Made by a program: the position numbers and the translations under genes. The notes below the pieces were generated by a model. That model was given only the letters and a program-made list of their open reading frames with translations, was not told the DNA's origin and made no database searches. Shown here one piece after another: positions 1-13,635 of a DNA stretch of 64,000 nucleotides. The DNA comes from Auanema rhodensis. Lineage: Eukaryota; Animalia; Nematoda. The first letter of the stretch is position 1. Every line of letters begins with the position of its first letter. The stretch is from contig OZ059898.1 of the NCBI GenBank assembly GCA_964057225.1, forward strand, positions 10,602,001-10,666,000, in the 5' to 3' direction.

Positions 1-184
1 GGCAAAACATTGTTCAATCCTAATCATGGAAACTTTTTATAAGAACTGTTACCATATTTTAGCCGACAATCAGTTAATAGTAGAGAGAACTAATTTTTAA
101 TTATTTTCTAAAACTTACAATTCTCTTCAAATCAGTAGAACTTGACTTTTCATAGTTTTTCGGAAACAATCTAACATTTTCGAA

Positions 185-245
185 GCATCGGTGGTTCAGT
201 GGTAGAATGCTCGCCTGCCACGCGGTTCGATTCCCGGCCGATGCA
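185..245 (+). pseudogene. tRNA-Gly(GCC) pseudogene with a 10-nt internal deletion
   Basis: Matches the intact copies but lacks gcgacccggg (3' anticodon stem, variable loop and 5' T-stem). Confidence 0.9.
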
Positions 246-2885
246 ACTTCACTTTTATAAAAAAATATCATTTATATTTTATAAAGACTGTTTTAGTTCA
301 ACAGTTTTACCCGCTTTCACAGTTTTATTTTACTTTTGTTGGATTTTCAAGTGTTATAATCAAATTAGTAAACAAGAAGTGTTTCTCTTTGATTTTTTTC
401 TTTGTTTAATTTTAATCATGGAAACTTTTAATAAAAACTGTTACCATATTTTAGAAGTCAATCAGTTAATAGTAGAGAGAGCTGAACTTTAATTTTTTTC
501 TTCAACTTACAATTGTCTTCAAATCGTTCAACAGTTTTACTCGCTTTAACAGTTTTACTTTACTTTTGTTGGAATTTCAAGTGTTATAATCAAATAAGTA
601 AACAAGAAGTGTTTCTCTTTGATTTTTTCTACTTTGTTTAATCTTAATCACGGAAACTTTCAATAAAAACTGTTACCTTATTTTAGCCGATAATCAGTCA
701 ATGGTAGAGATAGCTGAACTTTAATTCTTTTTTAAAACTTACAATTCTCTTCAAATCGTTCAATTTTTTTCGTCGCTTTCTCTATTTTATTCTACTGTTT
801 TTGGAATTTCAAGCATTATAATCAAATAAGTAAACAAGAAGTGTTTCTCTTTGATTTTTTTTCTTTGTTTAATCTTAATCACGGAAACTTTCAATAAAAA
901 CTGTTACCTTATTTTAGCCGTTAATCAGTTAAAAGTAGAGATAGCTGAACTTTAATTCTTTTCTAAAACTTACAATTCTCTTCAAATCGTTCAACTGTTT
1001 ATGTCGCATTCTCAATTGTTTTTTACTTTTTTTCGAATTTCAAGTATTATAATCAAGTAAGTAAACAAGAAGTGTTTCTCTTTGATTCTTTTCTTTGTTT
1101 AATCTTAGTCATGGAAACTTTTAATAAAAACTGTTACCATATTTTAGCCGACAATCATTAAATAGTAGAGAGAGCTAAACTTTAATTTTTTTCTAATACT
1201 TACAATTCTCTTCAAATCGTTCAACAGTCTTACTCGCTTGAATAGTTTTACTTTACTTTTGTTGGAATTTCAACTGTTATAATCGAATTAGAAAACAAGA
1301 TGTGTTTCTCTTTGATTATTTTTCTTTGTTTAATCTTAATCATGGAAACTTTTAATAAAAACTGTTACCATATTTTAGCCGACAATCATTAAATAGTAGA
1401 GAGAGCTAAACTTTAATTTTTTTCTAATACTTACAATTCTCTTCAAATCGTTCAACTGTTTTTGTCGCTTTCTCAATTTTATTCTACTGTTTTTAGAATT
1501 TCAAGTATTATAATCAAATAAGTAAACAAGAAGTGTTTCTCTTCGATTTTTTTTCTTTGTTTAATCTTAATTATGGAAACTTTCAATAAAAACTGTTACC
1601 TTATTTTAGCCGATAATCAGTCAATGGTAGAGATAGCTGAACTTTATTTCTTTTTTAAAACTTACAATTCTCTTCAAATCGTTCAATTTTTTTCATCGCT
1701 TTCTCTATTTTATTCTACTGTTTTTGGAATTTCAAGCATTATAATCAAATTAGTAAACAAGAAGTGTTTCTCTTTGATTTTTTTTCTTTGTTTAATCTTA
1801 ATCACGGAAACTTTCAATAAAAACTGTTACCTTATTTTAGCCGTTAATCAGTTAAAAGTAGAGATAGCTGAACTTTAATTCTTTTCTAAAACTTACAATT
1901 CTCTTCAAATCGTTCAACTGTTTATGTTGCTTTCTCAATTGTTTTTTACTTTTTTTTTGAATTTCAAGTATTATAATCAAGTAAGTAAACAAGAAGTGTT
2001 TCTTTTTGATTCTTTTTTTTGTTTAATCCTAATCATGGAACCTTTTTATAAAAACTGTTACCTTATTTTAGCCGATAATCAGTTAATAGTAGAGATAGCT
2101 GAACTTTAATTCTTTTCTAAAACTTACAATTCTCTTCAAATCGTTCAACTTTTTCGGTCGCTTTCTCTATTTTATTCTACTGTTTTTGGAATTTTAAGTA
2201 TTATAATCAAATAAGTAAACAAGAAGTGTTTCTCTTTGATTTTTTTCTTTGTTTAATCTTAATCACGGAAACTTTCAATAAAAACTGTTACCTTATTTTA
2301 GCCGTTAATCAGTTAAAAGTAGAGATAGCTGAACTTTAATTCTTTTCTAAAACTTACAATTCTCTTCAAATCGTTCAACTGTTTATGTTGCTTTCTCAAT
2401 TGTTTTTTACTTTTTTTTTAAATTTCAAGTATTATAATCAAGTAAGTAAACAAGAAGTGTTTCTTTTTGATTCTTTTTTTTGTTTAATCCTAATCATGGA
2501 ACCTTTTTATAAAAACTGTTACCATATTTTAGCCGACAATCAGTTAATAGTAGAGAGAACTAATTTTTAATTATTTTCTAAAACTTACAATTCTCTTCAA
2601 ATCGTTCAACTGTTTATGTCGCTTTCTCTATTTTATTCTACTGTTTTTGGAATTTCAAGTATTATAATCAAGTAAGTAAACAAGAAGTGTTTCTTTTTAA
2701 CTCTTTTTTTTTGTTTAATCCTAATCATGGAAACTTTTCATAAAAACTGTTACCATATTTTAGCCGACAATCAGTTAATAGTAGAGAGAACTAATTTTTA
2801 ATTATTTTCTAAAACTTACAATTCTCTTCAAATCAGTAGAACTTGACTTTTCATAGTTTTTCGGAAACAATCTAACATTTTCGAA

Positions 2886-2956
2886 GCATCGGTGGTTCAG
2901 TGGTAGAATGCTCGCCTGCCACGCGGGCGACCCGGGTTCGATTCCCGGCCGATGCA
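2886..2956 (+). tRNA. tRNA-Gly(GCC)
   Basis: 71-nt gcatcggtggttcagtggtagaatgctcgcctgccacgcgggcgacccgggttcgattcccggccgatgca; acceptor stem, GCC anticodon, A and B boxes, downstream T-run. Confidence 0.97.
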
Positions 2957-4902
2957 ACTTCACTTTTATAAAAAAATATCATTTATATTTTATAAAGACT
3001 GTTTTAGTTCAACAGTTTTACCCGCTTTCACAGTTTTATTTTACTTTTGTTGGATTTTCAAGTGTTATAATCAAATTAGTAAACAAGAAGTGTTTCTCTT
3101 TGATTTTTTTCTTTGTTTAATTTTAATCATGGAAACTTTTAATAAAAACTGTTACCATATTTTAGCCGACAATCAGTTAATAGTAGAGAGAGCTAAACTT
3201 TAATTTTTTTCTAATACTTACAATTCTCTTCAAATCGTTCAACAGTCTTACTCGCTTGAATAGTTTTACTTTACTTTTGTTGGAATTTCAACTGTTATAA
3301 TCGAATTAGAAAACAAGATGTGTTTCTCTTTGATTATTTTTCTTTGTTTAATCTTAATCATGGAAACTTTTAATAAAAACTGTTACCATATTTTAGCCGA
3401 CAATCATTAAATAGTAGAGAGAGCTAAACTTTAATTTTTTTCTAATACTTACAATTCTCTTCAAATCGTTCAACTGTTTTTGTCGCTTTCTCAATTTTAT
3501 TCTACTGTTTTTAGAATTTCAAGTATTATAATCAAATAAGTAAACAAGAAGTGTTTCTCTTCGATTTTTTTTCTTTGTTTAATCTTAATTATGGAAACTT
3601 TCAATAAAAACTGTTACCTTATTTTAGCCGATAATCAGTCAATGGTAGAGATAGCTGAACTTTATTTCTTTTTTAAAACTTACAATTCTCTTCAAATCGT
3701 TCAATTTTTTTCATCGCTTTCTCTATTTTATTCTACTGTTTTTGGAATTTCAAGCATTATAATCAAATTAGTAAACAAGAAGTGTTTCTCTTTGATTTTT
3801 TTTCTTTGTTTAATCTTAATCACGGAAACTTTCAATAAAAACTGTTACCTTATTTTAGCCGTTAATCAGTTAAAAGTAGAGATAGCTGAACTTTAATTCT
3901 TTTCTAAAACTTACAATTCTCTTCAAATCGTTCAACTGTTTATGTTGCTTTCTCAATTGTTTTTTACTTTTTTTTTGAATTTCAAGTATTATAATCAAGT
4001 AAGTAAACAAGAAGTGTTTCTTTTTGATTCTTTTTTTTGTTTAATCCTAATCATGGAACCTTTTTATAAAAACTGTTACCTTATTTTAGCCGATAATCAG
4101 TTAATAGTAGAGATAGCTGAACTTTAATTCTTTTCTAAAACTTACAATTCTCTTCAAATCGTTCAACTTTTTCGGTCGCTTTCTCTATTTTATTCTACTG
4201 TTTTTGGAATTTTAAGTATTATAATCAAATAAGTAAACAAGAAGTGTTTCTCTTTGATTTTTTTCTTTGTTTAATCTTAATCACGGAAACTTTCAATAAA
4301 AACTGTTACCTTATTTTAGCCGTTAATCAGTTAAAAGTAGAGATAGCTGAACTTTAATTCTTTTCTAAAACTTACAATTCTCTTCAAATCGTTCAACTGT
4401 TTATGTTGCTTTCTCAATTGTTTTTTACTTTTTTTTTAAATTTCAAGTATTATAATCAAGTAAGTAAACAAGAAGTGTTTCTTTTTGATTCTTTTTTTTG
4501 TTTAATCCTAATCATGGAACCTTTTTATAAAAACTGTTACCATATTTTAGCCGACAATCAGTTAATAGTAGAGAGAACTAATTTTTAATTATTTTCTAAA
4601 ACTTACAATTCTCTTCAAATCGTTCAACTGTTTATGTCGCTTTCTCTATTTTATTCTACTGTTTTTGGAATTTCAAGTATTATAATCAAGTAAGTAAACA
4701 AGAAGTGTTTCTTTTTGATTCTTTTTTTTGTTTAATCCTAATCATGGAAACTTTTCATAAAAACTGTTACCATATTTTAGCCGACAATCAGTTAATAGTA
4801 GAGAGAACTAATTTTTAATTATTTTCTAAAACTTACAATTCTCTTCAAATCAGTAGAACTTGACTTTTCATAGTTTTTCGGAAACAATCTAACATTTTCG
4901 AA

Positions 4903-4973
4903 GCATCGGTGGTTCAGTGGTAGAATGCTCGCCTGCCACGCGGGCGACCCGGGTTCGATTCCCGGCCGATGCA
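4903..4973 (+). tRNA. tRNA-Gly(GCC)
   Basis: Identical 71-nt tRNA-Gly sequence. Confidence 0.97.
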
Positions 4974-6947
4974 ACTTCACTTTTATAAAAAAATATCATT
5001 TATATTTTATAAAGACTGTTTTAGTTCAACAGTTTTACCCGCTTTCACAGTTTTATTTTACTTTTGTTGGATTTTCAAGTGTTATAATCAAATTAGTAAA
5101 CAAGAAGTGTTTCTCTTTGATTTTTTTCTTTGTTTAATTTTAATCATGGAAACTTTTAATAAAAACTGTTACCATATTTTAGCCGACAATCAGTTAATAG
5201 TAGAGAGAGCTAAACTTTAATTTTTTTCTAATACTTACAATTCTCTTCAAATCGTTCAACTGTTTTTGTCGCTTTCTCAATTTTATTCTACTGTTTTTGG
5301 AATTTCAAGTATTATAATCAAATAAGTAAACAAGAAGTGTTTCTCTTTGATTTATTTTCTTTGTTTAATCTTAATCATGGAAACTTTTAATAAAAACTGT
5401 TACCATATTTTAGCCGACAATCATTAAATAGTAGAGAGAGCTAAACTTTAATTTTTTTCTAATTCTTACAATTGTCTTCAAATCGTTCAACAGTTTTACT
5501 CGCTTGAATAGTTTTACTTTACTTTTGTTGGAATTTCAAGTGTTATAATCAAATTAGAAAACAAGAAGTGTTTCTCTTTGATTTTTTTTCTTTGTTTAAT
5601 CTTAATCATGGAAACTTTTAATAAGAACTGTTACCATATTTTAGCCGACAATCATTAAATAGTAGAGAGAGCTAAACTTTAACTTTTTTCTAATACTTAC
5701 AATTCTCTTCAAATCGTTCAACTGTTTTTGTCGCTTTCTCAATTTTATTCTACTGTTTTTGGAATTTCAAGTATTATAATCAAATAAGTAAACAAGAAGT
5801 GTTTCTCTTTGATTTTTTTTCTTTGTTTAATCTTAATCATGGAAACTTTCAATAAAAACTGTTACCTTATTTTAGCCGATAATCAGTTAATAGTAGAGAT
5901 AGCTGAACTTTAATTCTTTTCTAAAACTTACAATTGTCTACAAATCGTTCAACTGTTTTTGTCGCTTTCTCAATTTTATTCTACTGTTTTTGGAATTTCA
6001 AGTATTATAATCAAATAAGTAAACAAGAAGTGTTTCTCTTTGATTTTTTTTCTTTGTTTAATCTTAATCATGGAAACTTTCAATAAAAACTGTTACCTTA
6101 TTTTAGCCGATAATCAGTTAATAGTAGAGATAGCTGAACTTTAATTCTTTTCTAAAACTTACAATTTTCTTCAAATCGTTCAACAGTTTTACTCGCTTGA
6201 ATAGTTTTACTTTACTTTTGTTGGAATTTCAAGTGTTATAATCAAATTAGAAAACAAGAAGTGTTTCTCTTTGATTTTTTTTCTTTGTTTAATCTTAATC
6301 ATGGAAACTTTTAATAAAAACTGTTACCATATTTTAGCCGACAATCATTAAATAGTAGAGAGAGCTAAACTTTAATTTTTTTCTAATACTTACAATTCTC
6401 TTCAAATCGTTCAACTGTTTTTGTCGCTTTCTCAATTTTATTCTACTGTTTTTGGAATTTCAAGTATTATAATCAAATAAGTAAACAAGAAGTGTTTCTC
6501 TTTGATTTTTTTTCTTTGTTTAATCTTATTCATGGAAACTTTCAATAAAAACTGTTACCTTATTTTAGCCGATAATCAGTTAATAGTAGAGATAGCTGAA
6601 CTTTAATTCTTTTCTAAAACTTACAATTCTCTTCAAATCGTTCAACTGTTTATGTTGCTTTCTCAATTGTTTTTTACTTTTTTTTTGAATTTCAAGTATT
6701 ATAATCAAGTAAGTAAACAAGAAGTGTTTCTTTTTGATTATAACACTTGAAATTCCAACAAAAGGCAAAACATTGTTCAATCCTAATCATGGAAACTTTT
6801 TATAAGAACTGTTACCATATTTTAGCCGACAATCAGTTAATAGTAGAGAGAACTAATTTTTAATTATTTTCTAAAACTTACAATTCTCTTCAAATCAGTA
6901 GAACTTGACTTTTCATAGTTTTTCGGAAACAATCTAACATTTTCGAA

Positions 6948-7008
6948 GCATCGGTGGTTCAGTGGTAGAATGCTCGCCTGCCACGCGGTTCGATTCCCGG
7001 CCGATGCA
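6948..7008 (+). pseudogene. tRNA-Gly(GCC) pseudogene with a 10-nt internal deletion
   Basis: Same deletion as 185-245, located 6763 bp downstream. Confidence 0.9.
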
Positions 7009-9187
7009 ACTTCACTTTTATAAAAAAATATCATTTATATTTTATAAAGACTGTTTTAGTTCAACAGTTTTACCCGCTTTCACAGTTTTATTTTACTTTT
7101 GTTGGATTTTCAAGTGTTATAATCAAATTAGTAAACAAGAAGTGTTTCTCTTTGATTTTTTTCTTTGTTTAATTTTAATCATGGAAACTTTTAATAAAAA
7201 CTGTTACCATATTTTAGAAGTCAATCAGTTAATAGTAGAGAGAGCTGAACTTTAATTTTTTTCTTCAACTTACAATTGTCTTCAAATCGTTCAACAGTTT
7301 TACTCGCTTTAACAGTTTTACTTTACTTTTGTTGGAATTTCAAGTGTTATAATCAAATAAGTAAACAAGAAGTGTTTCTCTTTGATTTTTTCTACTTTGT
7401 TTAATCTTAATCACGGAAACTTTCAATAAAAACTGTTACCTTATTTTAGCCGATAATCAGTCAATGGTAGAGATAGCTGAACTTTAATTCTTTTTTAAAA
7501 CTTACAATTCTCTTCAAATCGTTCAATTTTTTTCGTCGCTTTCTCTATTTTATTCTACTGTTTTTGGAATTTCAAGCATTATAATCAAATAAGTAAACAA
7601 GAAGTGTTTCTCTTTGATTTTTTTTCTTTGTTTAATCTTAATCACGGAAACTTTCAATAAAAACTGTTACCTTATTTTAGCCGTTAATCAGTTAAAAGTA
7701 GAGATAGCTGAACTTTAATTCTTTTCTAAAACTTACAATTCTCTTCAAATCGTTCAACTGTTTATGTCGCATTCTCAATTGTTTTTTACTTTTTTTCGAA
7801 TTTCAAGTATTATAATCAAGTAAGTAAACAAGAAGTGTTTCTCTTTGATTCTTTTCTTTGTTTAATCTTAGTCATGGAAACTTTTAATAAAAACTGTTAC
7901 CATATTTTAGCCGACAATCATTAAATAGTAGAGAGAGCTAAACTTTAATTTTTTTCTAATACTTACAATTCTCTTCAAATCGTTCAACAGTCTTACTCGC
8001 TTGAATAGTTTTACTTTACTTTTGTTGGAATTTCAACTGTTATAATCGAATTAGAAAACAAGATGTGTTTCTCTTTGATTATTTTTCTTTGTTTAATCTT
8101 AATCATGGAAACTTTTAATAAAAACTGTTACCATATTTTAGCCGACAATCATTAAATAGTAGAGAGAGCTAAACTTTAATTTTTTTCTAATACTTACAAT
8201 TCTCTTCAAATCGTTCAACTGTTTTTGTCGCTTTCTCAATTTTATTCTACTGTTTTTAGAATTTCAAGTATTATAATCAAATAAGTAAACAAGAAGTGTT
8301 TCTCTTCGATTTTTTTTCTTTGTTTAATCTTAATTATGGAAACTTTCAATAAAAACTGTTACCTTATTTTAGCCGATAATCAGTCAATGGTAGAGATAGC
8401 TGAACTTTATTTCTTTTTTAAAACTTACAATTCTCTTCAAATCGTTCAATTTTTTTCGGTCGCTTTCTCTATTTTATTCTACTGTTTTTGGAATTTTAAG
8501 TATTATAATCAAATAAGTAAACAAGAAGTGTTTCTCTTTGATTTTTTTCTTTGTTTAATCTTAATCACGGAAACTTTCAATAAAAACTGTTACCTTATTT
8601 TAGCCGTTAATCAGTTAAAAGTAGAGATAGCTGAACTTTAATTCTTTTCTAAAACTTACAATTCTCTTCAAATCGTTCAACTGTTTATGTTGCTTTCTCA
8701 ATTGTTTTTTACTTTTTTTTTAAATTTCAAGTATTATAATCAAGTAAGTAAACAAGAAGTGTTTCTTTTTGATTCTTTTTTTTGTTTAATCCTAATCATG
8801 GAACCTTTTTATAAAAACTGTTACCATATTTTAGCCGACAATCAGTTAATAGTAGAGAGAACTAATTTTTAATTATTTTCTAAAACTTACAATTCTCTTC
8901 AAATCGTTCAACTGTTTATGTCGCTTTCTCTATTTTATTCTACTGTTTTTGGAATTTCAAGTATTATAATCAAGTAAGTAAACAAGAAGTGTTTCTTTTT
9001 AACTCTTTTTTTTTGTTCAATCCTAATCATGGAAACTTTTCATAAAAACTGTTACCATATTTTAGCCGACAATCAGTTAATAGTAGAGAGAACTAATTTT
9101 TAATTATTTTCTAAAACTTACAATTCTCTTCAAATCAGTAGAACTTGACTTTTCATAGTTTTTCGGAAACAATCTAACATTTTCGAA

Positions 9188-9258
9188 GCATCGGTGGTTC
9201 AGTGGTAGAATGCTCGCCTGCCACGCGGGCGACCCGGGTTCGATTCCCGGCCGATGCA
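9188..9258 (+). tRNA. tRNA-Gly(GCC)
   Basis: Identical 71-nt tRNA-Gly sequence. Confidence 0.97.
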
Positions 9259-10513
9259 ACTTCACTTTTATAAAAAAATATCATTTATATTTTATAAAGA
9301 CTGTTTTAGTTCAACAGTTTTACCCGCTTTCACAGTTTTATTTTACTTTTGTTGGATTTTCAAGTGTTATAATCAAATTAGTAAACAAGAAGTGTTTCTC
9401 TTTGATTTTTTTCTTTGTTTAATTTTAATCATGGAAACTTTTAATAAAAACTGTTACCATATTTTAGCCGACAATCAGTTAATAGTAGAGAGAGCTAAAC
9501 TTTAATTTTTTTCTAATACTTACAATTCTCTTCAAATCGTTCAACTGTTTTTGTCGCTTTCTCAATTTTATTCTACTGTTTTTGGAATTTCAAGTATTAT
9601 AATCAAATAAGTAAACAAGAAGTGTTTCTCTTTGATTTATTTTCTTTGTTTAATCTTAATCATGGAAACTTTTAATAAAAACTGTTACCATATTTTAGCC
9701 GACAATCATTAAATAGTAGAGAGAGCTAAACTTTAATTTTTTTCTAATTCTTACAATTGTCTTCAAATCGTTCAACAGTTTTACTCGCTTGAATAGTTTT
9801 ACTTTACTTTTGTTGGAATTTCAAGTGTTATAATCAAATTAGAAAACAAGAAGTGTTTCTCTTTGATTTTTTTTCTTTGTTTAATCTTAATCATGGAAAC
9901 TTTTAATAAGAACTGTTACCATATTTTAGCCGACAATCATTAAATAGTAGAGAGAGCTAAACTTTAATTTTTTTCTAATACTTACAATTCTCTTCAAATC
10001 GTTCAACTGTTTTTGTCGCTTTCTCAATTTTATTCTACTGTTTTTGGAATTTCAAGTATTATAATCAAATAAGTAAACAAGAAGTGTTTCTCTTTGATTT
10101 TTTTTCTTTGTTTAATCTTAATCATGGAAACTTTCAATAAAAACTGTTACCTTATTTTAGCCGATAATCAGTTAATAGTAGAGATAGCTGAACTTTAATT
10201 CTTTTCTAAAACTTACAATTGTCTACAAATCGTTCAACTGTTTTTGTCGCTTTCTCAATTTTATTCTACTGTTTTTAGAATTTCAAGTATTATAATCAAA
10301 TAAGTAAACAAGAAGTGTTTCTCTTTGATTTTTTTTCTTTGTTTAATCTTATTCATGGAAACTTTCAATAAAAACTGTTACCTTATTTTAGCCGATAATC
10401 AGTTAATAGTAGAGATAGCTGAACTTTAATTCTTTTCTAAAACTTACAATTCTCTTCAAATCAGTAGAACTTGACTTTTCATAATTTTTCGGAAACAATC
10501 TAACATTTTCGAA

Positions 10514-10584
10514 GCATCGGTGGTTCAGTGGTAGAATGCTCGCCTGCCACGCGGGCGACCCGGGTTCGATTCCCGGCCGATGCA
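10514..10584 (+). tRNA. tRNA-Gly(GCC)
   Basis: Identical 71-nt tRNA-Gly sequence. Confidence 0.97.
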
Positions 10585-11147
10585 ACTTCATTTTTATAAA
10601 AAAATATCATTTATATTTTATAAAGACTGTTTTAGTTCGACAGTTTTACTCGCTTTAACAGTTTTACTTTACTTTTGTTGGAATTTCAACTGTTATAATC
10701 AAATTAGGAAACAAGAAGTGTTTCTCTTTGATTTTTTTTCTTTGTTTAATCTTAATCATGGAAACTTTTAATAAAAACTGTTACCATATTTTAGCCGACA
10801 ATCATTTAATAGTAGAGAGAGCTAAACTTTAATTTTTTTCTAATACTTACAATTCTCTTCAAATCGTTCAACTGTTTTTGTCGCTTTCTCAATTTTATTC
10901 TACTGTTTTTGGAATTTCAAGTATTATAATCAAATAAGTAAACAAGAAGTGTTTCTCTTTGATTTTTTTTCTTTGTTTAATCTTAATCATGGAAACTTTC
11001 AATAAAAACTGTTACCTTATTTTAGCCGATAATCAGTTAATAGTAGAGATAGCTGAACTTTAATTCTTTTCTAAAACTTACAATTCTCTTCAAATCAGTA
11101 GAACTTGACTTTTCATAATTTTTCGGAAACAATCTAACATTTTCGAA

Positions 11148-11218
11148 GCATCGGTGGTTCAGTGGTAGAATGCTCGCCTGCCACGCGGGCGACCCGGGTT
11201 CGATTCCCGGCCGATGCA
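11148..11218 (+). tRNA. tRNA-Gly(GCC)
   Basis: Identical 71-nt tRNA-Gly sequence, 634 bp after the previous copy. Confidence 0.97.
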
Positions 11219-11924
11219 ACTTCATTTTTATAAAAAAATATCATTTATATTTTATAAAGACTGTTTTAGTTCAACAGTTTTACTCGCTTGAATAGTTTTA
11301 CTTTACTTTTGTTGGAATTTCAAGTGTTATAATCAAAATAGAAAACAAGAAGTGTTTCTCTTTGATTTTTTTTCTTTGTTTGATCTTAATCATGGAAACT
11401 TTTAATAAAAACTGTTACCATATTTTAGCCGACAATCATTAAATAGTAGAGAGAGCTAAACTTTAATTTTTTTCTAATACTTACAATTCTCTTCAAATCG
11501 TTCAACTGTTTTTGTCGCTTTCTCAATTTTATTCTAGTGTTTTTGGAATTTCAAGTATTATAATCAAATAAGTAAACAAGAAGTGTTTAACACCTGAACA
11601 TGTTTATCCGCTTTGATCCTTCATTTTGACTACAACAAGCACAAATAGTACAATTGGCGTTTTATTCTTGTTTTGTTATATGGCATTTTTATATTCTCAG
11701 CCGTAACATTTTTTTTTTCCAGCTCTTAAGAATATCCATCAATGGCTCATCAATTGAGGACGAATGATCAACCAACTGGTAAGAATTTGAAAATTTGAAT
11801 AGTCTACATTTTTTTTTTGCAGGTTGAATTGTTGTTTGTATTTTGCTGGTTTTTTATTGTTACATTATGCGATATATCAAATAAATCATTTATTATAATT
11901 ACAATTGTTTATAACATTGAAAAA

Positions 11925-12921
11925 TTATACATTTAAATTTTCTGCATCTATCCATTCATTAAAGTTGTCGGGATATCCACTCCATTTTACAAATACTTGA
12001 CGTTTACCGCTTCGAGTACGCTCTTTTAAAACTTTTTCTATATAGTACTTGTTACTGTTATTAGTAGCCAAGACAAGTTCAGGTTCGTAGAATATTCCCT
12101 TTATACGTTCACCATTATAATCTACAAGTTTATACACGGTTGGGTTTCCGGTTACAACCTCATCAATTGTGAACAGCTCCATTGTATATCCAGACTCGTA
12201 GCTTTTTTCAAAAGTACGCCGATTTTTGCTTATGCAAACAGTATCACCAATTTTGAAGCGGCTTTTAACAGCTGGTGCATATTCTTCAATGAATATATTT
12301 GCTTTAACATCAATGGGCCGCATTTTTATGGAGCGGTTGTAAGATTTGTTAATTCCTTCAACCAAATCATCTAGGATATCAATCCAACGATGATTATTCT
12401 TGTAATAGAGATATTTCATCATGCGTGTTTTTAAAGTTCTATTTGCTCGCTCCACCATTGCAGCCTTTTGTGGTGAACTTGTAGATCCGTGCAGTATGGC
12501 AAACTTTTTGAATAGTTTTTCACAATGACTATTATAAAACTCTGTGCCATTATCAGTAATCAACTGAATTGGTATAAAATTCTTGAATAAACTTTCAAAT
12601 GCACTAGCAACCTCTATACCACCTTTACATGCGTGTATAAACATCAATCATGGTCAACATGTAAGCATAGCCGTCGTTTAATTTTTTATATTTTTGCATA
12701 TCAACCAAATCTGCTTGCACTGTTAGAAATCGACCACATCCTCTAGTCTTTCTAGTCTGCATACGCATTCTGGTTGGTTTATGCCGTGTAAAAGTTCTTG
12801 CAAAAAATCATCAACTTGTACCTTTGAAATGCCATGTTTTCGTGCTTGCGATAATAAATTCTTGGCTGATGTATATAAAGCTGGATGTTTTATATCGTAA
12901 TAAATGCTCGCCAAAATATCA
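11925..12921 (-). pseudogene. Maverick retroviral-like (rve) integrase with C-terminal chromodomain, frameshifted
   Basis: Three reading frames piece together IYYDIKHPALY... / ...QADLVDM...TMIDVYTR / ...ITDNGTEF...MVERANRTLK...; chromodomain YYIEKVL...VKWSGYPDNFNEWI. Frameshifts near 12795 and 12628. Confidence 0.9.
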
Positions 12922-13635
12922 TTTCCATAATCTAATGTAGAACCTTTTACGACCTTGGCCATTCTGTGAGTCTCCTTCTTGTGGTGTGTAATATGATTCG
13001 GCGGCAGTATCAAAAGTCTTTGACCTTTTACTTTTGAGTGTACGAACCGGTGATGGTGAATATCTAATAACAGCTTTACGATGACGAGGCGTTCTAGGTA
13101 ATATAGTAGAGTCCAAGTCTGTAACAGCCGGTTCAGCTTTAGTTACAACGTCAACTGAATCATTGTCAGCCGACTCTCTTCTAGTTTGTTTCTTGTTAGA
13201 ACTAGATACGCCTTTACTGGCTAAAAACTTTGACAAGACTGAAAATCCATTGGGCTCCGTTTTTGTTTCATCCAATACAAAATCTAAAATTTTTGTAATA
13301 TTCGTGTTTGGTACAGCCTCATTATTAATCACAAGTTGATTACTCTTGTTTGTGCGCACCTCTGGAAATTTCTCCCACAAATTGTTATACTTTCTTGGCA
13401 ACTTGTATTCTGGCAACAGAGGTGGATCAGCATTTTCCACTTGTACTGATATGGGCGCATCTATACTTTCTCTATAGTTTTTGAGACGAGCAATCAAGTC
13501 TTCGTATAGTTCAGCCTTTTTATAGTCGGGTATAGCTCTATTTTCTCGTAAAAGCTTGAGCTCTGCATCAAACTTGTCTATATTAATTGTTTCCTCGTCG
13601 ACAGGAATTAGTCGATACTTATGGTTGAGCTTCAT
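12919..13635 (-). CDS. Maverick protein of unknown function (238 aa) with a basic C-terminus and Q-x-G-x-G motif
   Basis: Intact ORF overlapping its neighbours, between ATPase and integrase; identical copy at 50259-50975. Confidence 0.75.
   Translation of the reverse strand: MKLNHKYRLIPVDEETINIDKFDAELKLLRENRAIPDYKKAELYEDLIARLKNYRESIDAPISVQVENADPPLLPEYKLPRKYNNLWEKFPEVRTNKSNQLVINNEAVPNTNITKILDFVLDETKTEPNGFSVLSKFLASKGVSSSNKKQTRRESADNDSVDVVTKAEPAVTDLDSTILPRTPRHRKAVIRYSPSPVRTLKSKRSKTFDTAAESYYTPQEGDSQNGQGRKRFYIRLWK

Larger units (their letters stand above)
1..11588 (+). repeat. Satellite DNA array, ~154-bp AT-rich monomer with higher-order repeats and embedded tRNA-Gly cassettes (left arm)
   Basis: Motif aaacaagaagtgtttctctttgat...catggaaactt...tagccga...agtagaga...cttacaattctcttcaaatcgttcaac recurs about every 154 bp; higher-order periods of ~461, 634, ~2017 and 6763 bp. 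Confidence 0.97.

Noticed and set aside
79-90. Satellite motif AGTAGAGAG equals the first 9 nt of the Maverick terminus
   Set aside because: Short low-complexity match with no further similarity; the Maverick-satellite junctions do not use it.
2830-3010. tRNA cassette as a tRNA-derived SINE
   Set aside because: It is a perfect full tRNA with a conserved 5' flank, has no tail or TSD, and always occupies the same monomer position, so it spread by array recombination.
1-11588. CRISPR-like regular repeats
   Set aside because: Whole monomers repeat with no unique spacers, there are no cas genes, and the context is eukaryotic.
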